DNA of 62,372 nt, counting the filler. It is 4 parts of 4 records of this genome, joined end to end, with 100 filler letters (N's around TTAATTAATTAA, not from the genome) between each part and the next. Parts side by side here need not be neighbours in the genome. Positions count along the whole stretch, not along the records: positions 1 to 22,282 come from DRR378314_1391; 3 more parts are not named here. One strand, written 5' to 3'. Under the pieces are notes generated by a model. It searched no databases. It saw only the letters and a list, made by a program, of their open reading frames with translations, and had not been told where the DNA came from. Below, one piece after another: positions 9,499 through 19,373 of this stretch. The translations under genes and the position numbers were made by a program. Numbering within the stretch: the stretch's first letter is position 1; each line of letters begins with the position of its first letter.

Positions 9499-9519
9499 AA
9501 GTTCGATTCTTGCCGGGGC
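9499..9519 (+). repeat. att core, distal junction (duplicated tRNA 3' end)
   Basis: Identical to 33-53; preceded by hairpin GACCCCAAT-AAA-ATTGGGGGTC (9469-9490). Confidence 0.9.
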
Positions 9520-9551
9520 TACTTCTAAAGTTTTCATATTTAATAGGAGGA

Positions 9552-10484
9552 TTAAATATGCTCAAAGTCATATATCCAACTAAACTTCTTCTGTATAATA
9601 TGTCCTTTCCTTTCTTTTAAATAGTCCAAAAAAGCAACTGCTACGGGAGATAGGTTTTTAGACTTCAGCCATATAAGGTTCCACGTAGTGGTGATGGGCA
9701 GTCCTTTGACCGGAATTATTTTTAGCTCATTGTTTTTGAGCGCATTTTTGTTCCCTATAAGCGGCATTATTGAGCAACCTAGTCCTGAAATGACGGCTTG
9801 TTTTACAGCCTCATTTGAGGTGAGCTCCATTTTTTTGTTCACTGAATATCTATTTTTTTCAATAAAACTTTCCATGGCATTACGAGTGGCCGATCCGGGC
9901 TCCCGATAGATCAAAGGAATCTTTTCAAACAAATGTTTTTTGGAGATGGTCTTAGGTAGTTCCCTGTCATAATTGCTGACATAGAAAAGTTTGTTGGGCA
10001 TTAGTTCCACAGTATCGACATTCAGCTTTTCCGGAAGCACAGAGACCAGGGCAAAATCAACTTCATTAAGCTCCAAGCTCCTAACCACTTTAGATTTGTT
10101 GGTGACATCCATTATAAGGTCCACCCCTTTATTTTCCGTCATAAAATCGGACAAAAAGTAAGGCATCACATATTTTCCTGTGGATACCACTGATACCTTC
10201 AGCCGTCCCGAAAGGTTTCCTTGATAGGCCAAGGTTTTATAATTGATTTCTTCGACCTGATTGATAATTCGTTCGGCAGCCTGAGCTATTTCTTTACCAA
10301 AATCCGTAATAAAAAGTTGTCTTCCCACCACCTCGGTAAGTGGAATCGGGAACTGATCTTGAAATTTTTTTAGCTGTATTGAGACAGCTGGCTGGGTTAA
10401 ATGCAACTCCTCAGAAGCCTTTGTAATACTCTGTAGTTCAGATGTTTTAAGGAATATTTGTAGTTGGTGCAACGTATAATACAT
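9552..10484 (-). CDS. LysR-family regulator, CbbR/CmpR-like
   Basis: HTH TLHQLQIF...SITKASEELHLTQPAVSIQLK; REPGSATR and SNEAVKQAV motifs; divergent from the dab operon. Confidence 0.9.
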   Translation of the reverse strand: MYYTLHQLQIFLKTSELQSITKASEELHLTQPAVSIQLKKFQDQFPIPLTEVVGRQLFITDFGKEIAQAAERIINQVEEINYKTLAYQGNLSGRLKVSVVSTGKYVMPYFLSDFMTENKGVDLIMDVTNKSKVVRSLELNEVDFALVSVLPEKLNVDTVELMPNKLFYVSNYDRELPKTISKKHLFEKIPLIYREPGSATRNAMESFIEKNRYSVNKKMELTSNEAVKQAVISGLGCSIMPLIGNKNALKNNELKIIPVKGLPITTTWNLIWLKSKNLSPVAVAFLDYLKERKGHIIQKKFSWIYDFEHI

Positions 10485-10580
10485 AAAATATGTTAATGTA
10501 TGTTATTATAAATATAAATAAAAATTAATGAATTGTTTCCCTAACCTTTGCATTGGAAAAATTTTAAAAACAAAATTCTT

Positions 10581-10889
10581 ATGGAAGCAAAAGTATTACC
10601 TGAAGTTCTTACAGATCAAAGAAAAATTCAATTGGTGGACGGAACATTTACACCAACCGAGGCATCAGATGTGATGACCACCTTAATCGATGAAAAAATT
10701 AATTTCCATAAAATTCAAAGGTTGAAGATTTGGGAAGGCAATCATTCAAGTAAAACCAACATGCTTGATAATCGCATTGATGAATTGGAAAAAGAAAAAA
10801 TGACAGCACGGACCATTATAGAGCAAGCTCGAAAAAACGGGAAGAATATTACCATCAACGGCATCTTGGAAATAAAGTATGTGGACTAG
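10581..10889 (+). CDS. Hypothetical protein, first gene of the dab cluster
   Basis: ORF MEAKVLPEV...GILEIKYVD; ATG at 10581 preferred over the upstream TTG. Confidence 0.7.
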   Translation: MEAKVLPEVLTDQRKIQLVDGTFTPTEASDVMTTLIDEKINFHKIQRLKIWEGNHSSKTNMLDNRIDELEKEKMTARTIIEQARKNGKNITINGILEIKYVD

Positions 10890-10960
10890 ATAACTTCTCT
10901 CTTTCCAAAAACACAAACATCATAGTTGTAAATAAACCAACAAATTAAATTTTAAAAGGT

Positions 10961-11155
10961 ATGCAAAAGTCATTTAACAATACTGGAGTTTTTCTAATCA
11001 TATTATCGATAATCTCATTAATTGTAATGTCGTATGTAAACGAGTCCATTTTTATGGACCGCATTTTATTGTGCTGTTTCATTTTCGGCGCGGCGATTTT
11101 GGCAAGCAAGCGAAACGGACTGCAGAGGATTGATTCCAAGCAGAAAAAAGGATAA
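10961..11155 (+). CDS. Small two-TM hypothetical membrane protein
   Basis: 64-aa ORF with two hydrophobic stretches, co-oriented within the operon. Confidence 0.5.
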   Translation: MQKSFNNTGVFLIILSIISLIVMSYVNESIFMDRILLCCFIFGAAILASKRNGLQRIDSKQKKG

Positions 11156-11177
11156 TAGTTCCAAGTCTGGCAATACT

Positions 11178-12635
11178 ATGAAACCACTACAGAACATACT
11201 AACAAAACCTTCCGAAAAGAATGATGCCGCCGGGTTGATCCCGGTTTTATTTTGGCTGTTCTTTATTGGACACCTGATTTTTACCATTGTTTATTATCCC
11301 GATATACCGGAATGGAAATGGGGAGATATTTTTAGAACAAATGGGTTTACCGTTCTTTTATCGACCACGGTAACTTTTTTTAGTGCAATAATTAGCACCT
11401 ATGCCAATTCTTACTTCAAACATTCCGGGCAAAGACTCAGCTTTATGCTGTTTTGTCTTGGATTTACCGCTGCGGTAATTCTTTTTTTGGTGTCTGACCA
11501 CATTATTTTACTGTTGCTGAGTTGGTTTTTGATGGGAGCCATTATGTCCCGATTGATTGGTCTGGATAACAATTGGGGGGAAGCTTTTGAGGCCAAGCGT
11601 CTTGCGGGACACTACTTTTTGGCAAGTGGTGTTTGTTTAAGTTTTGGTCTATTTCTTTTGGCTGCATACCACAATGTGATCACCTTGAGTGGATTAATGC
11701 AAAAAGTTGGAACAACACCCAATTACCTCATGGTCATTTCTGCCCTATGTATCATAACGGCGGCTTTGATCCAATCTGCGATTTTCCCTTTCCATAAATG
11801 GTTGCTCTCTTCCATGACAGCACCCACCCCGGCCTCGGCTCTTATGCATGCTGGGTTTGTAAATGGTTCTGGAATTGTGCTCACTTTGCTTGCCTACGTA
11901 ATTATGGAATCAAAGACCACGGATATACTTTTTGTTATTGGGGGTCTTACGGCGGTCTTGGCTCAATTTACCAAATTGATACAGGTGAACGTAAAGCAAC
12001 GTTTGGCATGTTCTACCATTGCCCAAATGGGATTTATGATCATGCAATGCGGTCTCGGCTTTTTCAATGCCGCTATAGCCCACTTGATATTGCACGGTTT
12101 CTACAAAGCCTATTTGTTCTTGTCCTCCGGAGAGGGGGTTAAACAATCCGTGCCAGCGCAGCCTCCGACAATCCGCATTAAGTGGTTTCAAGCATTCATT
12201 GTGCTGCTCTACAGTGTTCTTGGAGCTTTCATTTTTGCACGATTGACAGGAAAGGGAATGGAATGGGATAGTGGAATTTTCCTGACTTTGATCGCATCTA
12301 TTGCTGTAGGACAAGCTACGTACAACATCGTAAAACAAAATTTGTTCACCGGAACCCAAAAAATAATTTTGCCTCCATTGCTCTTTTTGGCGGGGATAGG
12401 AGCTTATGCTTTAATGTACAATGGGGTATCATCCTTTATGACCGGAATGCAGGTGATTGCTGTTCCAACCTCAGTATCACTACTGCAAATAGTCTTTGGG
12501 CTGGTGTTTTTGATCGGGTTTTTCCTGATGAAGTTGGGCATTTATCGGGAGATCCCTGGTTTGTATGTGAAATTGATGAATTTGTCCCAACCCCATAGAA
12601 AGACCATTCTAATGTATAAAGCTAAAAACCAATGA
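11178..12635 (+). CDS. dabB: DabB/MpsA-type proton-conducting membrane subunit (NuoL/ND5-like) of an inorganic carbon transporter
   Basis: QSAIFPFHKWL...MTAPTPASALMHAG, STIAQMGFM and HLILHGFYKAYLFL motifs; ATGA overlap with the DUF2309 gene; ATG at 11178 preferred. Confidence 0.88.
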   Translation: MKPLQNILTKPSEKNDAAGLIPVLFWLFFIGHLIFTIVYYPDIPEWKWGDIFRTNGFTVLLSTTVTFFSAIISTYANSYFKHSGQRLSFMLFCLGFTAAVILFLVSDHIILLLLSWFLMGAIMSRLIGLDNNWGEAFEAKRLAGHYFLASGVCLSFGLFLLAAYHNVITLSGLMQKVGTTPNYLMVISALCIITAALIQSAIFPFHKWLLSSMTAPTPASALMHAGFVNGSGIVLTLLAYVIMESKTTDILFVIGGLTAVLAQFTKLIQVNVKQRLACSTIAQMGFMIMQCGLGFFNAAIAHLILHGFYKAYLFLSSGEGVKQSVPAQPPTIRIKWFQAFIVLLYSVLGAFIFARLTGKGMEWDSGIFLTLIASIAVGQATYNIVKQNLFTGTQKIILPPLLFLAGIGAYALMYNGVSSFMTGMQVIAVPTSVSLLQIVFGLVFLIGFFLMKLGIYREIPGLYVKLMNLSQPHRKTILMYKAKNQ

Positions 12636-15010
12636 AACATAGTGTACTTGATAAGTTTATAGAAGAGGCTTCTGATCACATAGGAAATACGTGGCCTCTG
12701 TATTCCTTTGTAACCTCCAATCCGTTGAGCGGTTATGAAAATTCACCTTTCCCATTGGCGGTAAAGCGGGCTAAAAAAGTTTTGGGCGCATCCGTATACC
12801 CAAAGGCATCCATATACAGAAAGGCTCTTGAAAATGGGGAAATCGAACTCTCGGAGCTTAAGGAGTTGTTCCAACAGAATGGTTATGAGAATTCACCGGA
12901 ATACTATCTGCAATTGATGGAGTCGCAAGAGGAATTGGTGAGAAAAAATCCACAACATATCTTGGATAGGGTTATGGTAAAATGGATCTCGGCCTTTTTG
13001 GATGAAGGACTGGCCGAGTGGGAAATGCCCTTTAAGTCCTTAGGATTTTATAAAGCCTGGAGAAAGCTTGCGCCTTACGATGATGACTTTAAGGGAATCA
13101 AGCTTTCCGATATTCCGAAAAACAGCAAGGATGCAATCGCTAGCTTGTTATCCGGTTTGTCCGATGAACAGATTCAAGATATTTTCACATACCACTTGGC
13201 TGCTCTACCCGGTTGGACGGGCTACATTAAACACAGAAAAACAAACCAACCACTGTGGCAGAAAAAATACCCAATAGATTTGGAAGAATACCTTGCCGTT
13301 CGTCTCTGGACCGCAAAACATCTCGGGATAACGTTTTTAGTGGAGCCATCTGCTGTAGAAACTAGCTGCAAAATTATGGAGCTCCAGTATATGTGGTTAA
13401 AAGCATGGGAGAAAAGCTGGCAATTGGAACTGGTTCGAATGCTGAAGGATGCGCCCGACAAAAGCGGGTCCAACAAATCAGAATATAAGATTCCCGATGC
13501 ACAAATGGTCTTTTGCATCGATACAAGATCCGAATTGATCCGAAGGCACGTGGAATCCAAGGGTTCCTACGAAACATTTGGCTATGCAGGCTTTTTTGGA
13601 ATTGCAATGGATTACGAAAACGAAAGGGATGGTGTTGTACAAAAGTCTTGCCCGCCTATCGTAGATTCATGTTACCAGGTTTCTGAAGAAGCTCTTGAGG
13701 GTAATCAACAATCCAAGAAAAATAAGGATAGAAAAAACGAACTCGTTAAATTCTGGGACTACTTCTTAAAGCGTATGAAGAATATGCTACCGTCCACCTT
13801 TGGCTTTGTGGAAGGTTCGGGCTTCTTTTATGGTTTGAACCTTGTTGCAAGAACCATAGCTCCCGTGGCGGCTTGGCGATTTGCAAACAAGGAAAAAGTC
13901 GCCTATGAAACCATTTGCGAGCCAGAGTTAAGAACAGTTGGCTCAAATATAGCTGTTCCCATAGCCCAACAGGCAGCCATTGTAAAATCCGGCTTTGATC
14001 TTATGGGATGGAAAAATTTTGCTCCGGTCGTGATTTTTGTGGGCCATGGAAGCCATTCTGCAAATAATCCTTTTGCATCAAGTTTAGATTGTGGAGCATG
14101 TGCCGCAAGCCCCGGTAGGCACAATGCGCGCATGCTGGCCAAAATGGCGAACAATGATCAGGTACGGGCCTTTCTCTCATCAGAATTTGGAATAGATATT
14201 CCAAGTTCAACCCTATTTATTGGCGCCGAACATAACACTACCACGGATGAGATCCAATTATTTGACTCCAACTTGTCTGACCATCACCAGAAATTAGTGT
14301 CAAACATCAAATCGAACCTTAAAAAAGCTCAGCAGTCAGCTACTCGGGAAAGGTTGGGTATTACAGGGAACAGCATGGCCCAAGTAAAAATCAATGCGTG
14401 TAACTGGGGAGAGACCAGGCCAGAATGGGGACTGGCCAAAAATGCAAGTTTTGTAATAGCTCCCAGAAAAGCAACAATGCACCGTAACCTCGATGGTCGT
14501 TGCTTCCTTCATTCATACGATTGGGAAATTGACAAGGAAGGAAAAGCATTGGAAGCTATAATGCAGGGCCCAATGGTAGTAACACAATGGATCAACAACC
14601 ACTATTATTTTGCTACAGTCGACAATGAAAGCTTTGGAGCTGGAACCAAAACAATACATAATATTACAGGGCAGTTTGGTGCAGTGCAGGGCAATGGCGG
14701 TGACCTTAAGATGGGATTGCCATGGGAGTCCTTGTATAGTTCAGAAAACAAACCCTACCATACACCTATAAGGCTTTCCGTAATCGTACAGGCCCCAAAA
14801 GAAAGGGTCAACACCATTCTTTCCAGAAACGAGAAACTAAGGTCGTTAGTGGAAAATGAGTGGATACACCTAATAATCATGGACCCTGTAGAGCAAATGG
14901 ATATATGTTGGCAAGACAATCAGGTTTTAAGGCCTAAAAAGGATAAAGGATATAATCCAAAAAAGGCCAAAAGTAAAAATGAAATACAAGAAGAATTGAC
15001 TATTGTGTGA
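12632..15010 (+). CDS. dabA: DabA/MpsB (DUF2309) soluble subunit of an inorganic carbon transporter
   Basis: WPLYSFVTSNPL N-terminus; Zn-ligand motifs FCIDTRSE, GHGS and LDCGAC; RPEWGLA, FLHSYD and GNGGDL motifs. Confidence 0.93.
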   Translation: MKHSVLDKFIEEASDHIGNTWPLYSFVTSNPLSGYENSPFPLAVKRAKKVLGASVYPKASIYRKALENGEIELSELKELFQQNGYENSPEYYLQLMESQEELVRKNPQHILDRVMVKWISAFLDEGLAEWEMPFKSLGFYKAWRKLAPYDDDFKGIKLSDIPKNSKDAIASLLSGLSDEQIQDIFTYHLAALPGWTGYIKHRKTNQPLWQKKYPIDLEEYLAVRLWTAKHLGITFLVEPSAVETSCKIMELQYMWLKAWEKSWQLELVRMLKDAPDKSGSNKSEYKIPDAQMVFCIDTRSELIRRHVESKGSYETFGYAGFFGIAMDYENERDGVVQKSCPPIVDSCYQVSEEALEGNQQSKKNKDRKNELVKFWDYFLKRMKNMLPSTFGFVEGSGFFYGLNLVARTIAPVAAWRFANKEKVAYETICEPELRTVGSNIAVPIAQQAAIVKSGFDLMGWKNFAPVVIFVGHGSHSANNPFASSLDCGACAASPGRHNARMLAKMANNDQVRAFLSSEFGIDIPSSTLFIGAEHNTTTDEIQLFDSNLSDHHQKLVSNIKSNLKKAQQSATRERLGITGNSMAQVKINACNWGETRPEWGLAKNASFVIAPRKATMHRNLDGRCFLHSYDWEIDKEGKALEAIMQGPMVVTQWINNHYYFATVDNESFGAGTKTIHNITGQFGAVQGNGGDLKMGLPWESLYSSENKPYHTPIRLSVIVQAPKERVNTILSRNEKLRSLVENEWIHLIIMDPVEQMDICWQDNQVLRPKKDKGYNPKKAKSKNEIQEELTIV

Positions 15011-15051
15011 TAGTTTGAATCACATCTTTGTTGAAACTATACAATCAAATT

Positions 15052-15090
15052 AAAGAATCGGTTATCAGTATGGAAAACCGATTCTTTTCT
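15052..15090 (+). terminator. Intrinsic terminator after dabA
   Basis: AAAGAATCGGTT / AACCGATTCTTT inverted repeat followed by a T-rich tract. Confidence 0.7.
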
Positions 15091-15455
15091 TATTGTATAA
15101 AAGGAAATTGCCAATACTAGGTAAAAAGGGAACAGGTAGCTATCACGCAACAAGTGTTTCATTTCTTAAGAAGTGTTGCGTTTGTATCTTAAAAAACGTT
15201 CCTTAATAAAGATTGCGAGATATTTGGAATGGAAAAGTGGGAACACCGGTAAAATTATCGTCCCGATAGGGTAGTTCAACCTTTCTAGGGGCCTGCTTTC
15301 ACCAATTCCACTTTACACTTTGGTAATGCCATCTTCAAGTTTACATCATTTTTGGTCGATAAAATCGCCTCAATTTTGATAACCAAAGATTTTTTTTATA
15401 ATTTTTCCATACAATCACATTGTACCGATAAGGACAAGGATTTAACCATAACATC

Positions 15456-15779
15456 ATGAATAACCTCAAACGCGTAATTGTAGACTATAAAAAATTGACC
15501 TCTGAGGTACTTAAACTTTTGGTGGAGAAGTATCCGGACGGCTATGGGGATGATGATGTAATCAACTTCAAAAACCTAAAGGGCGAATACATAGAAGCTG
15601 TTGAAGTGTCTACAGAGGACACCAAATACCTTGTAAAGATCAGTTCCAAGTTAGAACGTACCATGGCTGATTTCGACGAAGAGGACGATGAGAATTTTGA
15701 ATCTGAGGATTTTGAAAAAATCGCTGAGGATGCCGAAGACTTTTCAGACTCCGACCCTGAGGAAGATAGCGACGAATAA
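15456..15779 (+). CDS. Conserved Flavobacteriaceae hypothetical protein with acidic tail
   Basis: KRVIVDYKKLT...LVEKYPDGYGDDD...TEDTKYLVK, then a D/E-rich C-terminus. Confidence 0.75.
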   Translation: MNNLKRVIVDYKKLTSEVLKLLVEKYPDGYGDDDVINFKNLKGEYIEAVEVSTEDTKYLVKISSKLERTMADFDEEDDENFESEDFEKIAEDAEDFSDSDPEEDSDE

Positions 15780-15783
15780 TCCG

Positions 15784-16725
15784 CTATCCTTTTAAATTTT
15801 TCAGCATTGCTTCGGTGGTTTGGGCCAAATCAAATCTCGGTTCCCAGCCCCATTCCCTTCTTGCTGCTATATCATCGATGCTACTCGGCCATGAATCGGC
15901 AATTTCTTGTCTAAAATCGGGCGCATAACGTATTTCAAATCCAGCAATGTGTTTGGCTATACTCTCCGCCATCTGTTTCGGGGTAAAATTCATGCCCGCC
16001 AAATTATAGGAAGATCTTACCTTGATTTTTTCCGAAGGACTGTCCATTAAATTGATGGTAGCTCTAATGGCATCGTCCATATACATCATTGGAAGTTCCG
16101 TGTCACTGTCCAAAAAGCATTCATAGGAACCTTTTTTTAAGGCTTCATGGTATATCTCCACGGCATAGTCCGTAGTGCCTCCGCCCGGCATGGTTTTCCA
16201 GCTGATCAATCCTGGGTAACGAACGCTTCTTACGTCCACCCCATATTTTTTATGGTAATATTCACACCATCTTTCACCGGATTGTTTACTGATGCCATAT
16301 ACGGTACTGGGCTCCATAATGGTGTTCTGCGGTGTGTTATTTTTTGGTGTGTTCGGGCCAAATACCGCAATGCTTGACGGCCAGAATACCTTGGATATTT
16401 TTTTATCCTTCGCCAAATTGAGCACATTAAAAAGCGAATTCATGTTCAGGTTCCATGCCCGCATCGGAAATTTTTCTGCTGTGGCACTCAACATGGCGGC
16501 CATTAAATACACCTCGTCAATTTCGTAATGCATTACCACATCTTCAATAGCGGCATAGTTCGTCGCATCCAAAAGTTCAAAAGGGCCAGATTGCATCAAA
16601 GCCTCGCTACCCTCTCGAATATCGCTGGCAATTACATTTTCCGTACCATATTTGTTTCTAAGTTCAAAGGTGAGTTCAGTTCCTATTTGGCCACAGGCGC
16701 CTATTATTAAAATGGGTTTGTGCAT
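15784..16725 (-). CDS. tdh: L-threonine 3-dehydrogenase, SDR/epimerase type
   Basis: GACGQIG, LSATAE, PSSIAVFG, YGISK, PGGGTTDYAV and RQEIADSWP motifs; start at 16725 supported by a TATCTTTG -7 box. Confidence 0.88.
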   Translation of the reverse strand: MHKPILIIGACGQIGTELTFELRNKYGTENVIASDIREGSEALMQSGPFELLDATNYAAIEDVVMHYEIDEVYLMAAMLSATAEKFPMRAWNLNMNSLFNVLNLAKDKKISKVFWPSSIAVFGPNTPKNNTPQNTIMEPSTVYGISKQSGERWCEYYHKKYGVDVRSVRYPGLISWKTMPGGGTTDYAVEIYHEALKKGSYECFLDSDTELPMMYMDDAIRATINLMDSPSEKIKVRSSYNLAGMNFTPKQMAESIAKHIAGFEIRYAPDFRQEIADSWPSSIDDIAARREWGWEPRFDLAQTTEAMLKNLKG

Positions 16726-16753
16726 TAAAATTGAAGTTAATTTAGTTTGAGGG

Positions 16754-16761
16754 CAAAGATA
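16754..16761 (-). promoter_or_regulatory. Bacteroidota -7 promoter element (TAnnTTTG)
   Basis: TATCTTTG on the minus strand ~30 nt upstream of the tdh ATG. Confidence 0.55.
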
Positions 16762-16789
16762 CCCTTTATTAAAATTTGTACATTCGCTT

Positions 16790-17287
16790 ATGCAAAAATT
16801 GTTAGGCATCCTTATTTTGATAACGGTTTTGGGCGGGTGTAAAAAGACCGATAAAACTACAGCTCAGGTGAATACCGAAGCGTTGGAGTTCAACTACCAA
16901 AAAATGCCCGAAAAAAACCAGATTAACGCTGAAGCTACGGCCATTGTCTCGGAATGGGCACAGTTCAAGGATTTAAACAACAGCATCGATGTGCTGTACA
17001 AAGCAACCAACAACGAAGATCTGGCACTTGCCATTGATGATCTAATAGAAAAAGAGAAAGATCTTGCGGCTGGGAAATACCCTGAACCATTCGATACTTT
17101 CCAAGTAAAGAGCAGGCAAACCGTGATGCGAACCTTTTTGTACAAAACAAAAGCGAGCATTCTGGAAAACCAGCCGACCACGGAACCGACCATAAAAGTT
17201 TTGGAAGCCTACAATTCCATACGCAGTCAGTTGAATGTGATCATGAACAGCCAGTTGGATGAAAAATTGATTCTAGATGAAACATAA
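16790..17287 (+). CDS. Hypothetical lipoprotein
   Basis: Signal peptide with lipobox LGGC. Confidence 0.75.
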   Translation: MQKLLGILILITVLGGCKKTDKTTAQVNTEALEFNYQKMPEKNQINAEATAIVSEWAQFKDLNNSIDVLYKATNNEDLALAIDDLIEKEKDLAAGKYPEPFDTFQVKSRQTVMRTFLYKTKASILENQPTTEPTIKVLEAYNSIRSQLNVIMNSQLDEKLILDET

Positions 17288-17777
17288 AATTTTCACTTTG
17301 GGACTGTTGATGGTATCCATGACCATCTTCTCCCAAAATACAGAGAAAGATAAAATCAACAATGTTTTGGATAGCTGGCACATGGCAGCTGCCAATGCGG
17401 ATTTTGAGGCGTACTTCGAAAAAATGACCAAGGACGGCGTGTTTTTGGGGACGGATGCCACGGAAAACTGGCAAAACGAGGAATTTAGATCTTTTTCCAA
17501 ACCTTATTTTGATAAAGGGAAAGCGTGGAGCTTTACCGCCGTGGAACGCAACATTTATGTGGATGAGTCCGAAAACTTTGCTTGGTTTGATGAACTGTTG
17601 GACACCCAAATGAAGATTTGTCGCGGTTCAGGGGTCTTACAAAAAGTAAATGGGCAATGGAAAATTGCCCATTATGTATTGTCGATTGCCGTGCCCAACG
17701 AAAATGTGGACGAACTAGTCCAAATTAAACAAGCCAAAGATGACGAATTGCTTCAAGAACTAAAAAAGAAGCAATAG
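17277..17777 (+). CDS. SnoaL/NTF2-like secreted protein
   Basis: Signal peptide; WHMAAANADFEAYF...FLGTDATENW...AWFDELLDT...CRGSGVL...WKIAHYVLS. Confidence 0.85.
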   Translation: MKHKIFTLGLLMVSMTIFSQNTEKDKINNVLDSWHMAAANADFEAYFEKMTKDGVFLGTDATENWQNEEFRSFSKPYFDKGKAWSFTAVERNIYVDESENFAWFDELLDTQMKICRGSGVLQKVNGQWKIAHYVLSIAVPNENVDELVQIKQAKDDELLQELKKKQ

Positions 17778-17780
17778 CAC

Positions 17781-18482
17781 TTAGTTTTCTGTTCCTTCTG
17801 CAGCTTGTTTCTTTCTAGATTCCAAAGCTTGTTTGCTCAAACTTGCCAAATTGAAGTTAGGAGCGATTTTCAGAGCTTCGTCAATGGAAGCAATGGCAGC
17901 ATCAATATTTTCCTTGTCCTTATTGAAATCGGCCAAGCCTTTTAAATGGTAAAACGCTGCTTTTAGGGAAACTTCATAGGGCTGTTGGCGCTCATAAAAA
18001 GCGTATTTCATATCGTTCGTTGCGTTGGCTATACCGTATTCAATATTTGTGGTAGCTCCCGTCAAATCCCCTGTTTGAATTTTAAGATCGGCCATTTCAT
18101 ACGCTAAGTAGGGGGAAGGGTTTCTGGAGTTCAATTCCTCAAAATGTTCCAACGCTCTTTTCGGCTGGTTCAAAGACTTCAAGGAAAAAGCCTTGACCTG
18201 CACGGCAAGGTCGGAATCATCCGCATTTTTTTCCACACCTATGGTGTTCAAGGCTTGCATATGTTGACCGTTGTTCATGTAAACAAAAGCGAGGGTATCC
18301 CTGCGTTGTTTTGACGGTGCCAAAACATTCAAATGTGTCAAAGCGCCGATAACACCATTTACATCACCTTGTAAACGCATTTCTTTGTAATAAGCTTTGT
18401 AGTGATCCACAAGAGCATCATTGGTTTGGGAAATGCCACTAAAGCCCACTAGTAAGAGAAGTAAGAGTACATTCTTTTTCAT
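17781..18482 (-). CDS. Secreted TPR-like protein
   Basis: Signal peptide and helical repeats (ALEHFEEL...PSPYLAYEMA; IDEALKIAPNFNLA). Confidence 0.75.
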   Translation of the reverse strand: MKKNVLLLLLLVGFSGISQTNDALVDHYKAYYKEMRLQGDVNGVIGALTHLNVLAPSKQRRDTLAFVYMNNGQHMQALNTIGVEKNADDSDLAVQVKAFSLKSLNQPKRALEHFEELNSRNPSPYLAYEMADLKIQTGDLTGATTNIEYGIANATNDMKYAFYERQQPYEVSLKAAFYHLKGLADFNKDKENIDAAIASIDEALKIAPNFNLASLSKQALESRKKQAAEGTEN

Positions 18483-18563
18483 TGATCTTCAATTTAGTGC
18501 GCCAAATCTAACAAAATAATCTTAACCTAGCTGTTAAGGATTCGATAAGTAGTTAAAGGCGTT

Positions 18564-19373
18564 TTAGGAAATTACGGGAACAGTAAAAGTGTGGCCTTTT
18601 TCTAAAAAGGTCTTGCTCAGAACCAATTTACCTTTCTTTTTTTGTGATTCCGTTTTGTACGATGGCGCGGGCAATCCTCTTTTTTGTGCTTCTTCAAAAT
18701 AGTACACTTGTTTTTTAGGGTGATGTGGATACACTCCATTAAAAACCTCCCCCCAATAACCCTGCTCCAAAACATTCAGTATTAAATGGATACAATCATC
18801 AAGATGAATTAAGTTGATGGGGTGATTGCCATTGGAGAGCTGTTCTCTGCCCGAAAGCATCGTCACGGGGTGTCGGTCTGGACCAATCAAACCGCCAAAC
18901 CTTATGATGGTTGTTTGGAAGCCTTTTTCATTTGTAAATAGCGTTTCACACGCTACCAATTGTTTGCCCGATTCGGTTGTAGGTTGGGTAGGTGATTCTT
19001 CCGAGACTTCGCCTTCGGCGTTTCCATAAACAGCGGTGCTGCTCACAAATATAATTTTGGAGACTTGACTTTTTCTGATTGCTGCAATCAGGAATTTTAT
19101 TTTCTCCACATAACTTTCGGTTTGCTTGCCCCGTAGTTTGGGCGGTATATTGATTATCAAGGTTTCGATACCTGAAAAAAATCCTTCGATGTCACCTTCT
19201 ATTCCAGTTTCGGATAAACGTACTGTAAAAGGATTTATCCCCGCATTTTGTAAAACCTTCAACTTATTGGAGGATGTAGTTGTTCCGTTAACGCTGTAAC
19301 CTTTTTCAATGAGTTTTTTGGCCAAGGGCAATCCCAGCCATCCACAGCCCAGTATTCCAATATTTTTAGTCAA
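18564..19373 (-). CDS. NAD(P)-binding SDR/epimerase (YeeZ-like)
   Basis: GCGWLG Rossmann motif, FVSSTAVYG, RFGGLIGPDRHP, NLIHLDDCI. Confidence 0.85.
   Translation of the reverse strand: MTKNIGILGCGWLGLPLAKKLIEKGYSVNGTTTSSNKLKVLQNAGINPFTVRLSETGIEGDIEGFFSGIETLIINIPPKLRGKQTESYVEKIKFLIAAIRKSQVSKIIFVSSTAVYGNAEGEVSEESPTQPTTESGKQLVACETLFTNEKGFQTTIIRFGGLIGPDRHPVTMLSGREQLSNGNHPINLIHLDDCIHLILNVLEQGYWGEVFNGVYPHHPKKQVYYFEEAQKRGLPAPSYKTESQKKKGKLVLSKTFLEKGHTFTVPVIS

Larger units (their letters stand above)
33..9519. mobile_element. Integrative genomic island inserted in the 3' end of tRNA-Arg(CCT)
   Basis: Identical 21-bp direct repeats AAGTTCGATTCTTGCCGGGGC at 33-53 and 9499-9519; integrase adjacent to the tRNA; further shared repeats near both ends. 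Confidence 0.92.

Noticed and set aside
11178-12635. Respiratory complex I NuoL or Mrp antiporter subunit
   Set aside because: No other nuo/mrp genes nearby; it is translationally coupled to a DUF2309 gene, which indicates DabB
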